From the NCBI RefSeq assembly GCF_030971605.1, contig NZ_JAVGCU010000002.1: DNA of 24,000 nucleotides; one strand, 5' to 3'. The translations under genes were made by a program, and so were the position numbers. A model generated the notes under the pieces. It worked only from the letters and a program-made list of their open reading frames with translations, searched no databases and was not told the origin of the DNA. The DNA comes from Serratia fonticola (lineage in GTDB: Bacteria > Pseudomonadota > Gammaproteobacteria > Enterobacterales > Enterobacteriaceae). This document shows positions 16,587-24,000 of this stretch, one piece after another (position 1 is the stretch's first letter; every line of letters begins with the position of its first letter).

Positions 16587-16605
16587 GGGCGCACATGCTG
16601 CGCCC
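16587..16605. repeat. REP-like palindrome / bidirectional hairpin between convergent mak and the antiterminator gene
   Basis: GGGCGCA-CATGC-TGCGCCC. It shares CATGCTGCGCCCG with the element at 8506-8526. Confidence 0.6.
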
Positions 16606-16621
16606 GTTGTGAACCCCAGTT

Positions 16622-17479
16622 TCAGTCCTTCGGCGTGTAATCTTTCTCGCTTTCGCTGCGTACCCGCTCGATATGGATGGTCAGAAACAGCATCTCTTCG
16701 CTGGTCAGTTGATGCTGGTAACTCTTCTCGATGTGCTGGTTGATCTTGCCAGCACAGGCGAATGACTCGCGGTATTTCTCCTTCACTACCTGATACAGCG
16801 AATCGTCCTCGCTGTTGACGTAATTCTTGCCTAGCAGGCGCTGGGCAAAGAATTTCAGGTGGGTGACAAAACGATGGTAGCTGAGGGTTTCCTCGTTGTA
16901 GTCAAACCGGAAATGATATTTGACGATATTGAGGATCTCCTGCATCACGCGGGTGATATGCAGGGTGTTGTGCATTTCATCATTGAGCTGCGCGTTGACC
17001 AGGTGCAGGGCGATAAACCCAGCTTCGTCTTCCGGCAACGTAGTTTCCAGGCGCTGGGCGATGATGGTTAACGCCTCAAGCCCGATGGCAAACTCGTTTG
17101 GATAGAGTTTCTTGATCTCCCACAGCAGTGCGTTCTTGATATCCAGCCCTTGCGCGTGGCGTTGCAGCGCAAAATGGATATGGTCGGTCAGCGTGATATA
17201 GACAATGTTATGCAGTTTCCCCGGCAGCCGCTCGCGGGCGAGGGTGATGATCTTGTCTGCGGTGGTCACACATGCCAGCGGGATCTCCGCCAGCAGTTCT
17301 TTGTAGCGTTCGCTCATTTCGCCACTGTTGAGGGTGAACACCTTTTCAATCAGGCTGTCATCCACACTTTCCCCGGCTTTCTTTTGAAAGCCAATGCCAC
17401 GCCCCATAACCACCGTTTCTTCCTGATGGTCATTCAGCGTAATCACTACGTTATTATTGAGTATTTTAGCGATTTTCAT
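16622..17479 (-). CDS. BglG/LicT/SacY-family PRD-containing transcription antiterminator
   Basis: N-terminal CAT domain MKIAKILNNNVVITLNDHQEETVVMGRGIGFQKKAGE, followed by two PRDs with the four regulatory His contexts intact (TDHIHFA, ALHLVNA, VTHLKFF, LTIHIERV). 285 aa from the ATG at 17479. Confidence 0.9.
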   Translation of the reverse strand: MKIAKILNNNVVITLNDHQEETVVMGRGIGFQKKAGESVDDSLIEKVFTLNSGEMSERYKELLAEIPLACVTTADKIITLARERLPGKLHNIVYITLTDHIHFALQRHAQGLDIKNALLWEIKKLYPNEFAIGLEALTIIAQRLETTLPEDEAGFIALHLVNAQLNDEMHNTLHITRVMQEILNIVKYHFRFDYNEETLSYHRFVTHLKFFAQRLLGKNYVNSEDDSLYQVVKEKYRESFACAGKINQHIEKSYQHQLTSEEMLFLTIHIERVRSESEKDYTPKD

Positions 17480-17504
17480 GGCTATTCCCGGCCCGCTGAA
17501 AACG

Positions 17505-17546
17505 AAAAAACCCGACGTCCAGGAGCGATCCCGGAGGTCAGGTTTT
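17505..17546 (-). terminator. Intrinsic terminator in the leader of the antiterminator gene
   Basis: The minus strand reads AAAACCTGACCTCCGGGA-TCGC-TCCTGGACGTCGGGTTTT, then TTCG. This is about 14 bp of GC-rich stem (one mismatch, two G-U pairs) followed by a T6 run. Its 5' arm overlaps the 3' end of the RAT. Confidence 0.8.
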
Positions 17547-17569
17547 GCCTGTATGCACAGTGACAATCC
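17541..17569 (-). promoter_or_regulatory. RAT (ribonucleic antiterminator) element
   Basis: The minus strand reads GGATTGTCACTGTGCATACAGGCAAAACC. The E. coli bgl RAT, as I recall it, is GGATTGTTACTGCATTCGCAGGCAAAACC. Confidence 0.8.
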
Positions 17570-17685
17570 TGTAATCATTATCATGATAACCGTTGTCGGC
17601 TCTGGCTCAATGCTTTTCAGCCTGTACTGTCGCCGCGATCACACTTCTGGTCGTAGTTACCTCTTGACGTAAACCTCAGTCGCGG

Positions 17686-20600
17686 TCATTCGATGCGAAA
17701 CTGCGCGTCCAGTCGGCTGACCCCCAACCCATTGACCTTTTTCACCTTAATCTGCACCGGGATGCGCTCCTTCATCGCCTCCACGTGGCTGATTACGCCG
17801 ATGGTTTTGCCGGTGGCGTTAAGGCTGTCCAAGGCGTCTAGCGCGGTATCCAGCGTCTCGGCGTCCAGCGTGCCGAAGCCCTCATCCAGGAACAGCGAAT
17901 CGATGCTGGTCTTGTGGCTGACCAGATCGGACAAGGCCAGCGCTAGTGCCAGACTCACCAGGAAGCTTTCACCGCCGGAAAGGGTACGGGTGTCGCGCAG
18001 GGCATCGGCCTGCCAGGTATCAACCACCTGTAGCTCCAGCGCATCACTGGTTTTGCGCTGCAACAGATAGCGCCCGTGCAGGCGGCCAAGCTGGTTGTTG
18101 GCCAGATACACCAGGTGATCCAGGGTCAGGCCCTGAGCGAACTTGCGGAACTTGTCGCCCTCCTTGGAGCCGATAAGCTGGTTGAGCAGGCTCCAGTCGT
18201 CATACTGCTGTTGGCTTTGGGCGATCTGTTCGAACAGGGACTGTTGATTGAGGCGGCGCTCGGCATCGCTGCTCAGTTGGTTGCGCACCTCGCCTTGGCG
18301 CAGCTGTAGTGTTTTCAGCCGCTCTGCCAGTTCGCTGAGCGCGGTGGTGAGTTGTTCAATATTAACCTGGGTTTCATCCAGATCCGCAGGGCGATCCAGC
18401 CGGTGCTGTTCCAGAGCTTGTACGGCCTGTGCCAACAGCGTTGTGGCCCGCACCTGGCGCTCCTGCAACTGCTCTTTGTGCTGCTGTAAGCGCTGGCGTA
18501 CGTCGTCATCCAGTAGCGCGGCGTTGAATGCGGCCTCATCGTCGAAGGTACTGCTAGCCAAGGCCTGCTGCCACTGTTGCTCGGCCTGTTGTCCCCGTTC
18601 GGCTTGCTGTTGCTGTTGTTGCTGCAAACCGACCCACTGGCCAGCCAGGCGATCGCGCTGCTCCTGGGCTTTGTGCAATAGCTCAGTAGCCTGCTGCAAG
18701 GCGTGCTCTGCGGCGATTTGTGCCGTGCGTAACTGCTCACGGGCTTCAGCCACCGTTCGCTCACCAAACAGCGCGATGCGTTCGTTACGCTGTGCCAGCA
18801 GCTGAGTTTCATTCGTCAGGCACTGCTGTTGCCACTGTGCCAATTGGCGTTGAGTTTCCTGCTGATTTTTCTGCAGCAGCTCAAAGCGCTCATTCAGCCG
18901 CGCCGTTTCCTGTTGCGAACTTTGCTGTTCGGTTTGCAGGGCATTCAGGGCATCCTTCGCAAGCTGCACGGCCTTGGCGAGCCGTTCGTGCTGCAACAGC
19001 AGTTGCTGACCGGCCTGTTCCTCACTATCGCAAGCCTCCAGCCAGGCGGTTAACCGGGCGCTGTCTTGCAGCGTAAAGTCGAAGGCCAAGGGGGCGCTGA
19101 GGGTTTGCCAGCTTTGCAGATGGCTTTCCTGCTGCTCAAGTTCCTGGTTCAACTGCGTTTGCAGGCGTTGCTGCTGCTCTTTCAGGCTTTCACTGCGTGC
19201 GCGCAGCTCTGTTCCTTTAGTGTGCAGCTCTTCGGTTTGGGTGCGCAATTGAGCGACGCGCTGTTCCGTTTCTGACGGTTTGACGGCCTGATATTGCTCG
19301 ATCGCCGGATGCTGCGTGGAGCCGCACAGCGGGCAGGGGGCATCGGTTTGCAGACGCGCCCGTTCGGCTTCCAGACTGACGATGCGCTTTTCCAGTTCGA
19401 GCGTCTTCTCAACGTCTGTCAGATGCGCTTTTTGCTGTTTATACTGCTGGCGCACCGCATCGAGCTGGGTTTCTACTTCGGTCAGCTGTTTTTGGCGCGT
19501 AGTGAATTCGAGCCGCTGCTGCTCAAGGCGCTGTTGGTTCTGCTGGAACAGTAAGGCCAGTTTGGACAACTGTTGACGAACCGGGCGCAAGCCACTCAGT
19601 TCGGCCTGGCGGTGACGCAGTTTCTCCTGTGGGGATTGCGCCTCTAACGTGGCTTGCTGCTGGAGTTGGCTATCCAGCGCCGCCGTGAGTTCAAGCTGCC
19701 TGGCCTGATATTGACCCGCCAGGGTAGCCAGTTGGCCGCGTCTTTCGGTGAGTTGTTCCAGCGTGCGCCGCAGCTCTTCGCTCTGCCGCTGGCTCTCCGC
19801 ATGCTGTTTACGCGCTTCTGCCAGTTGGTTTTGTGACTGAGCAATCTGATGATCGAGCGGCAACACCTTGTCATCTATCAGCGTTTGCTGCTGTTGCTGA
19901 TGTTCCGCCTGGGCTTGCCTGGCCTTTTGCGCCTGATCCAACTGCTGCTGTAACGGGATTAGTTCGGCCAATTGCCGCTCTTGCTGTTGAGCCAACTGTT
20001 CGATCTGTTGCTGCAACGCCAAACGATCCCGCTGACAACGATTACGCTCATTGAGCAACGGGCGCAGTTTCTCGGCAGGCTCACTGCGAGCTAACTGTTG
20101 CAACTGCGGTTCGGACAGTTGAAACTCCTGCTGCACACCAGCCAGCTGTTGCTGATAATCCTGAGTCTGTTGCTGGATGGTTTGCCAGCGTTGTAGCCAG
20201 CTCAACTGATGCTGTTGCTGCTGCGCCTGTTGGCTAAGAAGCTGCTCTTCAGCTCCGAGTTCCCCGAGCTGGTTTTCCAGCACCTGGCGCTGCTCATCAT
20301 TGAGCAGTTCAATCCCGCTGGCGCGGTGATGTAAAGCGTCCAGATCGCTTTTCGCCTGTTTGTGCTGTTCGAAGACCTGTGCCGATAGCCGCCCATAAAT
20401 CTCGGTGCCGGTCAGTTCTTCCAGCAGTTCGGCACGCTCGTTGGCCTTGGCGTTCAGGAAGGCGGCGAACTGGCCCTGCGACAGCATCATCGACTTGGTG
20501 AAGCGGCCAAAATCCAGCCCGGTGATTGCGGCAATCAGCTCTTTTTTATCGGAAATTTTATCCGCCAGGATTTTGCCGTCTGCCCGCAGTGCCAGCTCCA

Positions 20601-20937
20601 CCTTGGGAGCCTGCAGGTTGCCGTCCGGATCGTTTTTCGCCCGGCGTTGGCTCCAGAAGGCGCGATAGCCGACGCCTTTGACCTCAAACTCCACTTCGGC
20701 CAGCGATTCGGCGGTGTGGCGGGTCATCAATTCGTTCTGGCTGGCGCTGACTTCCAGGCGCGGCGTCTGGTGATAAAGTGCCAGGCAGATGGCATCCAGC
20801 AGGGTGGTTTTACCTGCTCCTGTGGGGCCGGTGATGGCAAACAGGCCGTTGCTGGCGAAGGGTTCCGCCGTGAAGTCGATTTTCCACTCGCCCTGTAGCG
20901 AGTTGAGGTTTTTCAGCCTTAGGCTCAGGATCTTCAT
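17686..20937 (-). CDS. sbcC: Exonuclease SbcC (SMC-like ATPase subunit of SbcCD)
   Basis: Walker [15 protein letters not shown], a central zinc hook CPLCGS within long Q-rich coiled coils, C-terminal signature [18 protein letters not shown] and Walker [12 protein letters not shown]. Its start overlaps the sbcD stop codon (ATGA). Confidence 0.96.
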   Translation of the reverse strand: MKILSLRLKNLNSLQGEWKIDFTAEPFASNGLFAITGPTGAGKTTLLDAICLALYHQTPRLEVSASQNELMTRHTAESLAEVEFEVKGVGYRAFWSQRRAKNDPDGNLQAPKVELALRADGKILADKISDKKELIAAITGLDFGRFTKSMMLSQGQFAAFLNAKANERAELLEELTGTEIYGRLSAQVFEQHKQAKSDLDALHHRASGIELLNDEQRQVLENQLGELGAEEQLLSQQAQQQQHQLSWLQRWQTIQQQTQDYQQQLAGVQQEFQLSEPQLQQLARSEPAEKLRPLLNERNRCQRDRLALQQQIEQLAQQQERQLAELIPLQQQLDQAQKARQAQAEHQQQQQTLIDDKVLPLDHQIAQSQNQLAEARKQHAESQRQSEELRRTLEQLTERRGQLATLAGQYQARQLELTAALDSQLQQQATLEAQSPQEKLRHRQAELSGLRPVRQQLSKLALLFQQNQQRLEQQRLEFTTRQKQLTEVETQLDAVRQQYKQQKAHLTDVEKTLELEKRIVSLEAERARLQTDAPCPLCGSTQHPAIEQYQAVKPSETEQRVAQLRTQTEELHTKGTELRARSESLKEQQQRLQTQLNQELEQQESHLQSWQTLSAPLAFDFTLQDSARLTAWLEACDSEEQAGQQLLLQHERLAKAVQLAKDALNALQTEQQSSQQETARLNERFELLQKNQQETQRQLAQWQQQCLTNETQLLAQRNERIALFGERTVAEAREQLRTAQIAAEHALQQATELLHKAQEQRDRLAGQWVGLQQQQQQQAERGQQAEQQWQQALASSTFDDEAAFNAALLDDDVRQRLQQHKEQLQERQVRATTLLAQAVQALEQHRLDRPADLDETQVNIEQLTTALSELAERLKTLQLRQGEVRNQLSSDAERRLNQQSLFEQIAQSQQQYDDWSLLNQLIGSKEGDKFRKFAQGLTLDHLVYLANNQLGRLHGRYLLQRKTSDALELQVVDTWQADALRDTRTLSGGESFLVSLALALALSDLVSHKTSIDSLFLDEGFGTLDAETLDTALDALDSLNATGKTIGVISHVEAMKERIPVQIKVKKVNGLGVSRLDAQFRIE

Positions 20938-22163
20938 GCCGATGGCTCCTCATGCTGATGCAAGGTTTCTACCACCTGCTGGAACATCTGCCGCATCTGC
21001 TGTTGGCGCGGTTCGGCCATCTCGGCTTCCAACGCCAAGCGGCGCTCGAAGACTTCGCCGACGCTTAACTCATTCAAGGTTTCTTTATCCTGCTGGGCAA
21101 TGGTCTGGCTACGTTGCTCTTTACTGCGCCGCAGCAGCACCACTTCAACCGGTAAATCTTCCGCCAGCTGTTGGATGCGGCGCTGAATATCGCTGAGGTA
21201 ATCCTGAGTGGCTACTTCGATATCCAACCAAACCGGGAGTTCGCCATGATAATCGGCAAACTGCTGTAATTGAGCCTCTATTTGCTGCAAATCACCTTTG
21301 ATCAGCTGCATGGGCTGGAAGATGGGGATCTCCAATGGTGTGATCTGTTGCAGCGCACCGTCGGCAAAATCGACCAGAAACACGCTTTTGGCTTTGCCTA
21401 ATTCGTCAAAACTCAGTGGGATTGGCGAGCCGCTGTAGCGGATATGCTCGGATCTGGCGACGTTCTGCGCGCGATGGATATGTCCCAGCGCAATGTAATC
21501 GGCAGGGGGGAACGCCTGGGCCGGAAAGGCGTCTAGCGTGCCGATATAGATATCCCGTACTGAATCCGAGGTGGTGACGCCCACGGTGGTCAAATGGCCT
21601 GTGGCGACGATCGGCAGTGGCAAACCCAACGCATCGCGGCGCGTACAGGCCGCCTGATACAGGTTTTGGTAATGTTCGGCGATGGCTTCTTGCAGAGCTT
21701 GCTGCTTTTGGTTGCCAGACTCACCGGCGCGGCTGGTGAGCAGATCCCGTGGGCGCAGGAACGGAATGGCGCAAAGTACCGCACCTGGTTGGCCATCAAG
21801 CTGATTGAGCACCACGATTTGCTGCTCAAGCTCGCTTTGCGCGTTGGCAATCACGGTGGTATTCAGGCAGGAAAGCAGCTCACGTGATTCGTTCAGCGTG
21901 GCCACGGAGTCGTGGTTGCCGCCCAGCACCACCAGTTGGCAGCCGGTACGTTGCAGCTCCACCACAAAGCGGTTGTACAGTTCACGGGCGTAGCTGGGTG
22001 GGGAGCCGGTATCGAATAAATCGCCTGCGACGATCAGCGCATCCACCCGCTGCTGTTCCACCTGTTCGATCAGCCAACCTAAGAAGGCCTGATGCTCGGC
22101 GGCGCGGCTTTTGGTGAAAAAGTACTGGCCCAAATGCCAGTCGGAGGTATGGATTAGGCGCAT
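20934..22163 (-). CDS. sbcD: Exonuclease SbcD (Mre11-like nuclease subunit)
   Basis: [13 protein letters not shown], followed by the GDLFD, GNHD and GHLT/GHIH phosphoesterase motifs. The start at 22163 is chosen by homology; the track ORF is 19 codons longer. Confidence 0.94.
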   Translation of the reverse strand: MRLIHTSDWHLGQYFFTKSRAAEHQAFLGWLIEQVEQQRVDALIVAGDLFDTGSPPSYARELYNRFVVELQRTGCQLVVLGGNHDSVATLNESRELLSCLNTTVIANAQSELEQQIVVLNQLDGQPGAVLCAIPFLRPRDLLTSRAGESGNQKQQALQEAIAEHYQNLYQAACTRRDALGLPLPIVATGHLTTVGVTTSDSVRDIYIGTLDAFPAQAFPPADYIALGHIHRAQNVARSEHIRYSGSPIPLSFDELGKAKSVFLVDFADGALQQITPLEIPIFQPMQLIKGDLQQIEAQLQQFADYHGELPVWLDIEVATQDYLSDIQRRIQQLAEDLPVEVVLLRRSKEQRSQTIAQQDKETLNELSVGEVFERRLALEAEMAEPRQQQMRQMFQQVVETLHQHEEPSA

Positions 22164-22284
22164 AGGTCTTCCATCGCTAACAGGAGGATAAGGGCATAAA
22201 CGGGCCTTATCGTAACTCAAGCATGATGATATTTCTTTAACGTCAGAAATAATCGCTATGCTTACTGCGATCGACCGGGCTTTT

Positions 22285-22318
22285 TTTTCATAAAAGTGTC
22301 ACAAAACTGACGCATAAT
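22285..22318 (+). promoter_or_regulatory. phoB Pho box and -10 element
   Basis: TTTTCAT-AAAA-GTGTCAC-AAAA-CTGACG-CATAAT is nearly identical in layout to the E. coli phoB promoter (TTTTCATAAATCTGTCATAAATCTGACGCATAAT, as I recall it). Confidence 0.8.
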
Positions 22319-22365
22319 GGCGACCGCAATCAACTGAGATCGCTAACACATTGGCAGGATTGACG

Positions 22366-23055
22366 ATGGCAAGACGCATACTGGTGGTGGAAGACGAAGC
22401 GCCGATCCGTGAGATGGTGTGCTTTGTGTTGGAACAGAATGGTTACCAACCGTTGGAAGCCGAGGATTATGACAGTGCCGTTACGCGCCTGTCTGAGCCG
22501 TTCCCTGATTTGGTGTTACTGGACTGGATGTTACCGGGTGGTTCCGGCATTCAGTTTATCAAGCATATGAAGCGCGAGGCGATGACCCGGGATATCCCGG
22601 TGATGATGCTGACCGCGCGCGGTGAAGAAGAAGATCGGGTACGTGGCCTGGAGGTTGGTGCGGATGATTATATCACCAAACCGTTCTCACCCAAGGAGCT
22701 GGTGGCACGTATCAAGGCGGTGATGCGCCGTATTTCACCAATGGCAGTAGAAGAAGTGATTGAAATGCAGGGGTTAAGCCTGGATCCTTCCTCGCACCGG
22801 GTGATGGCCAATGAGCAGGCGCTGGAGATGGGGCCGACCGAGTTCAAACTGCTGCACTTCTTTATGACTCATCCGGAGCGTGTTTATAGCCGCGAACAGT
22901 TGCTTAATCACGTCTGGGGCACTAACGTTTATGTGGAAGACCGCACCGTTGATGTGCATATCCGCCGGCTGCGTAAGGCGCTGGAGACCAGTGGTCATGA
23001 CAAGATGGTTCAAACCGTTCGCGGCACCGGTTATCGGTTCTCAACGCGCTACTGA
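22366..23055 (+). CDS. phoB: Phosphate regulon response regulator PhoB
   Basis: [17 protein letters not shown]...[14 protein letters not shown]...RGTGYRFS. At 229 aa it matches E. coli PhoB. Confidence 0.97.
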   Translation: MARRILVVEDEAPIREMVCFVLEQNGYQPLEAEDYDSAVTRLSEPFPDLVLLDWMLPGGSGIQFIKHMKREAMTRDIPVMMLTARGEEEDRVRGLEVGADDYITKPFSPKELVARIKAVMRRISPMAVEEVIEMQGLSLDPSSHRVMANEQALEMGPTEFKLLHFFMTHPERVYSREQLLNHVWGTNVYVEDRTVDVHIRRLRKALETSGHDKMVQTVRGTGYRFSTRY

Positions 23056-23079
23056 TCGCACAGCGCTGGAGAGGTTACC

Positions 23080-24000
23080 GTGCTAGAACGTTTATCGTGG
23101 AAGAGGCTGGCGCTGGAGCTGGCCCTTTTTTGCCTGCCTGCCTTATTGCTGGGGCTGATTTTCGGTTATCTGCCCTGGCTGCTATTGGTTTCGGTGCTGG
23201 CCGCGCTGGCCTGGAACTTTTATAACCAACTCAAACTTTCCCACTGGCTGTGGGTAGACCGCAGCATGACGCCGCCGCCGGGCCGCTGGAGCTGGGAACC
23301 GCTGTTCTATGGCCTGTACCAGATGCAGCAGCGTAATCGCCGCCGCCGCCGTGAGCTGGCGCTGTTGATCAAACGCTTTCGCAGTGGGGCCGAATCCTTA
23401 CCGGATGCGGTAGTGATGACCACCGTTGAGGGCAATATCTTCTGGTGCAACGGCCTGGCACAGCATCTGCTGGGCTTTCGCTGGCCGGAAGATAACGGCC
23501 AACACATCCTTAACCTGCTGCGCTATCCGGAATTCAGCCATTATCTGCAACAGCAAGAATTTACCCGGCCGCTGACGCTACAGCTGAATAACGAGCACTT
23601 TGTCGAATTCCGTATCATGCCCTATTCCGAAGGCCAACTGCTGATGGTGGCCCGAGATGTGACCCAGATGCGCCAACTGGAAGGGGCCAGACGCAACTTC
23701 TTCGCCAACGTCAGCCATGAGTTGCGTACGCCGCTAACGGTGTTGCAGGGCTACCTGGAGATGATGAGCGATGAAGAGCTGGATGGTTCGCTGCGTGGCA
23801 AAGCCTTGGGCACCATGCAAGAGCAGACCAAACGCATGGATGGCCTGGTGAAGCAGTTGCTTACGCTCTCCAGGATCGAGGCTGCACCAAACGTGGATAT
23901 GAACGAGAAGGTGGATATTCCGTTAATGCTGCGGGTATTGCAGCGTGAGGCGCAGTCGCTCAGCGGTGGTAATCACCAGATCAATTTCCGGGTGAACGAA
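23080..24000 (+). CDS. phoR: Phosphate regulon sensor histidine kinase PhoR (5' part, runs off the window)
   Basis: A GTG start at 23080 is preceded by GGAGAGG. My own translation gives [15 protein letters not shown]...[14 protein letters not shown]...[26 protein letters not shown], collinear with E. coli PhoR. The frame stays open to position 24000, which is why it is missing from the ORF track. Confidence 0.94.
   Translation, partial: MLERLSWKRLALELALFCLPALLLGLIFGYLPWLLLVSVLAALAWNFYNQLKLSHWLWVDRSMTPPPGRWSWEPLFYGLYQMQQRNRRRRRELALLIKRFRSGAESLPDAVVMTTVEGNIFWCNGLAQHLLGFRWPEDNGQHILNLLRYPEFSHYLQQQEFTRPLTLQLNNEHFVEFRIMPYSEGQLLMVARDVTQMRQLEGARRNFFANVSHELRTPLTVLQGYLEMMSDEELDGSLRGKALGTMQEQTKRMDGLVKQLLTLSRIEAAPNVDMNEKVDIPLMLRVLQREAQSLSGGNHQINFRVNE

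Noticed and set aside
17480-17584. 35-codon upstream extension of the antiterminator ORF
   Set aside because: The extension runs through the RAT element and the leader terminator. The CAT domain starts at MKIAKILNNN (ATG at 17479), as in other BglG/LicT proteins.
17693-20898. Many 60-185-aa ORFs on the plus strand and in alternative minus-strand frames inside sbcC
   Set aside because: They lie entirely within a well-supported 1083-aa SbcC gene. Their translations are low-complexity (C/S/A/R-rich) mirror images of the CAG/CTG-rich coiled-coil coding sequence, which is a typical antisense artefact.
22164-22220. 19-codon upstream extension of sbcD
   Set aside because: SbcD/Mre11 homologues start at [12 protein letters not shown], and nothing supports the extra residues.
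12084-22705. Chi sequences GCTGGTGG at 12084-12091, 16301-16308 and 22698-22705 (all on the plus strand)
   Set aside because: This is the ordinary density and orientation bias for an enterobacterial chromosome. All three lie inside genes, and they are not a feature of this locus.
1-24000. Search for CRISPR arrays, tRNA/rRNA genes, IS elements, integrases, phage genes, toxin-antitoxin pairs and known defence-system domains
   Set aside because: I saw no regularly spaced direct repeats and no cloverleaf-like or rRNA-like sequence. No ORF resembles a transposase, integrase, nuclease-helicase defence protein or TA protein. The differences from the E. coli gene order are small metabolic or regulatory cassettes with no visible mobility genes.

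Overview
This window is a chromosomal segment from an Enterobacterales genome, probably a Yersiniaceae/Serratia-like organism, though I cannot determine the species. From about 7.9 kb onward it follows the E. coli K-12 order as I recall it: aroL-yaiA-(aroM)-ppnP-rdgC-mak-(araJ)-sbcC-sbcD-phoB-phoR. Three positions differ. (i) An AraC-family regulator and a small NTF2/SnoaL-like gene sit between aroL and yaiA. (ii) The aroM position holds an IclR regulator, an OPT-family permease and a DUF1177 protein. (iii) The araJ position holds a lone BglG/LicT-type antiterminator with its own RAT/terminator leader. The first 7.8 kb is less conserved. It carries a DUF2076-like Q/N-rich protein, an MmyB-like regulator divergent from a methyltransferase, aqpZ, a secreted phytase-like esterase family protein, a DUF1471 small secreted protein, a second methyltransferase-like gene and two GNAT acetyltransferases. 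These genes are separated by visibly AT-rich spacers. I found no tRNA or rRNA genes, no CRISPR array, no transposase, integrase or phage genes, and no recognisable defence-system proteins. The best candidate for an uncharacterised system is the IclR-OPT-DUF1177 module, which has matching GGAAC/GTTCC operator-like repeats in front of both transcription units. Also worth follow-up are the orphan self-gated antiterminator and a Pho-box-like element in front of the phytase-like gene; that element shares 14 identical nucleotides and the same spacing with the phoB Pho box in this window. All family calls come from reading the translated ORFs and recalling homologues. No database search was run.
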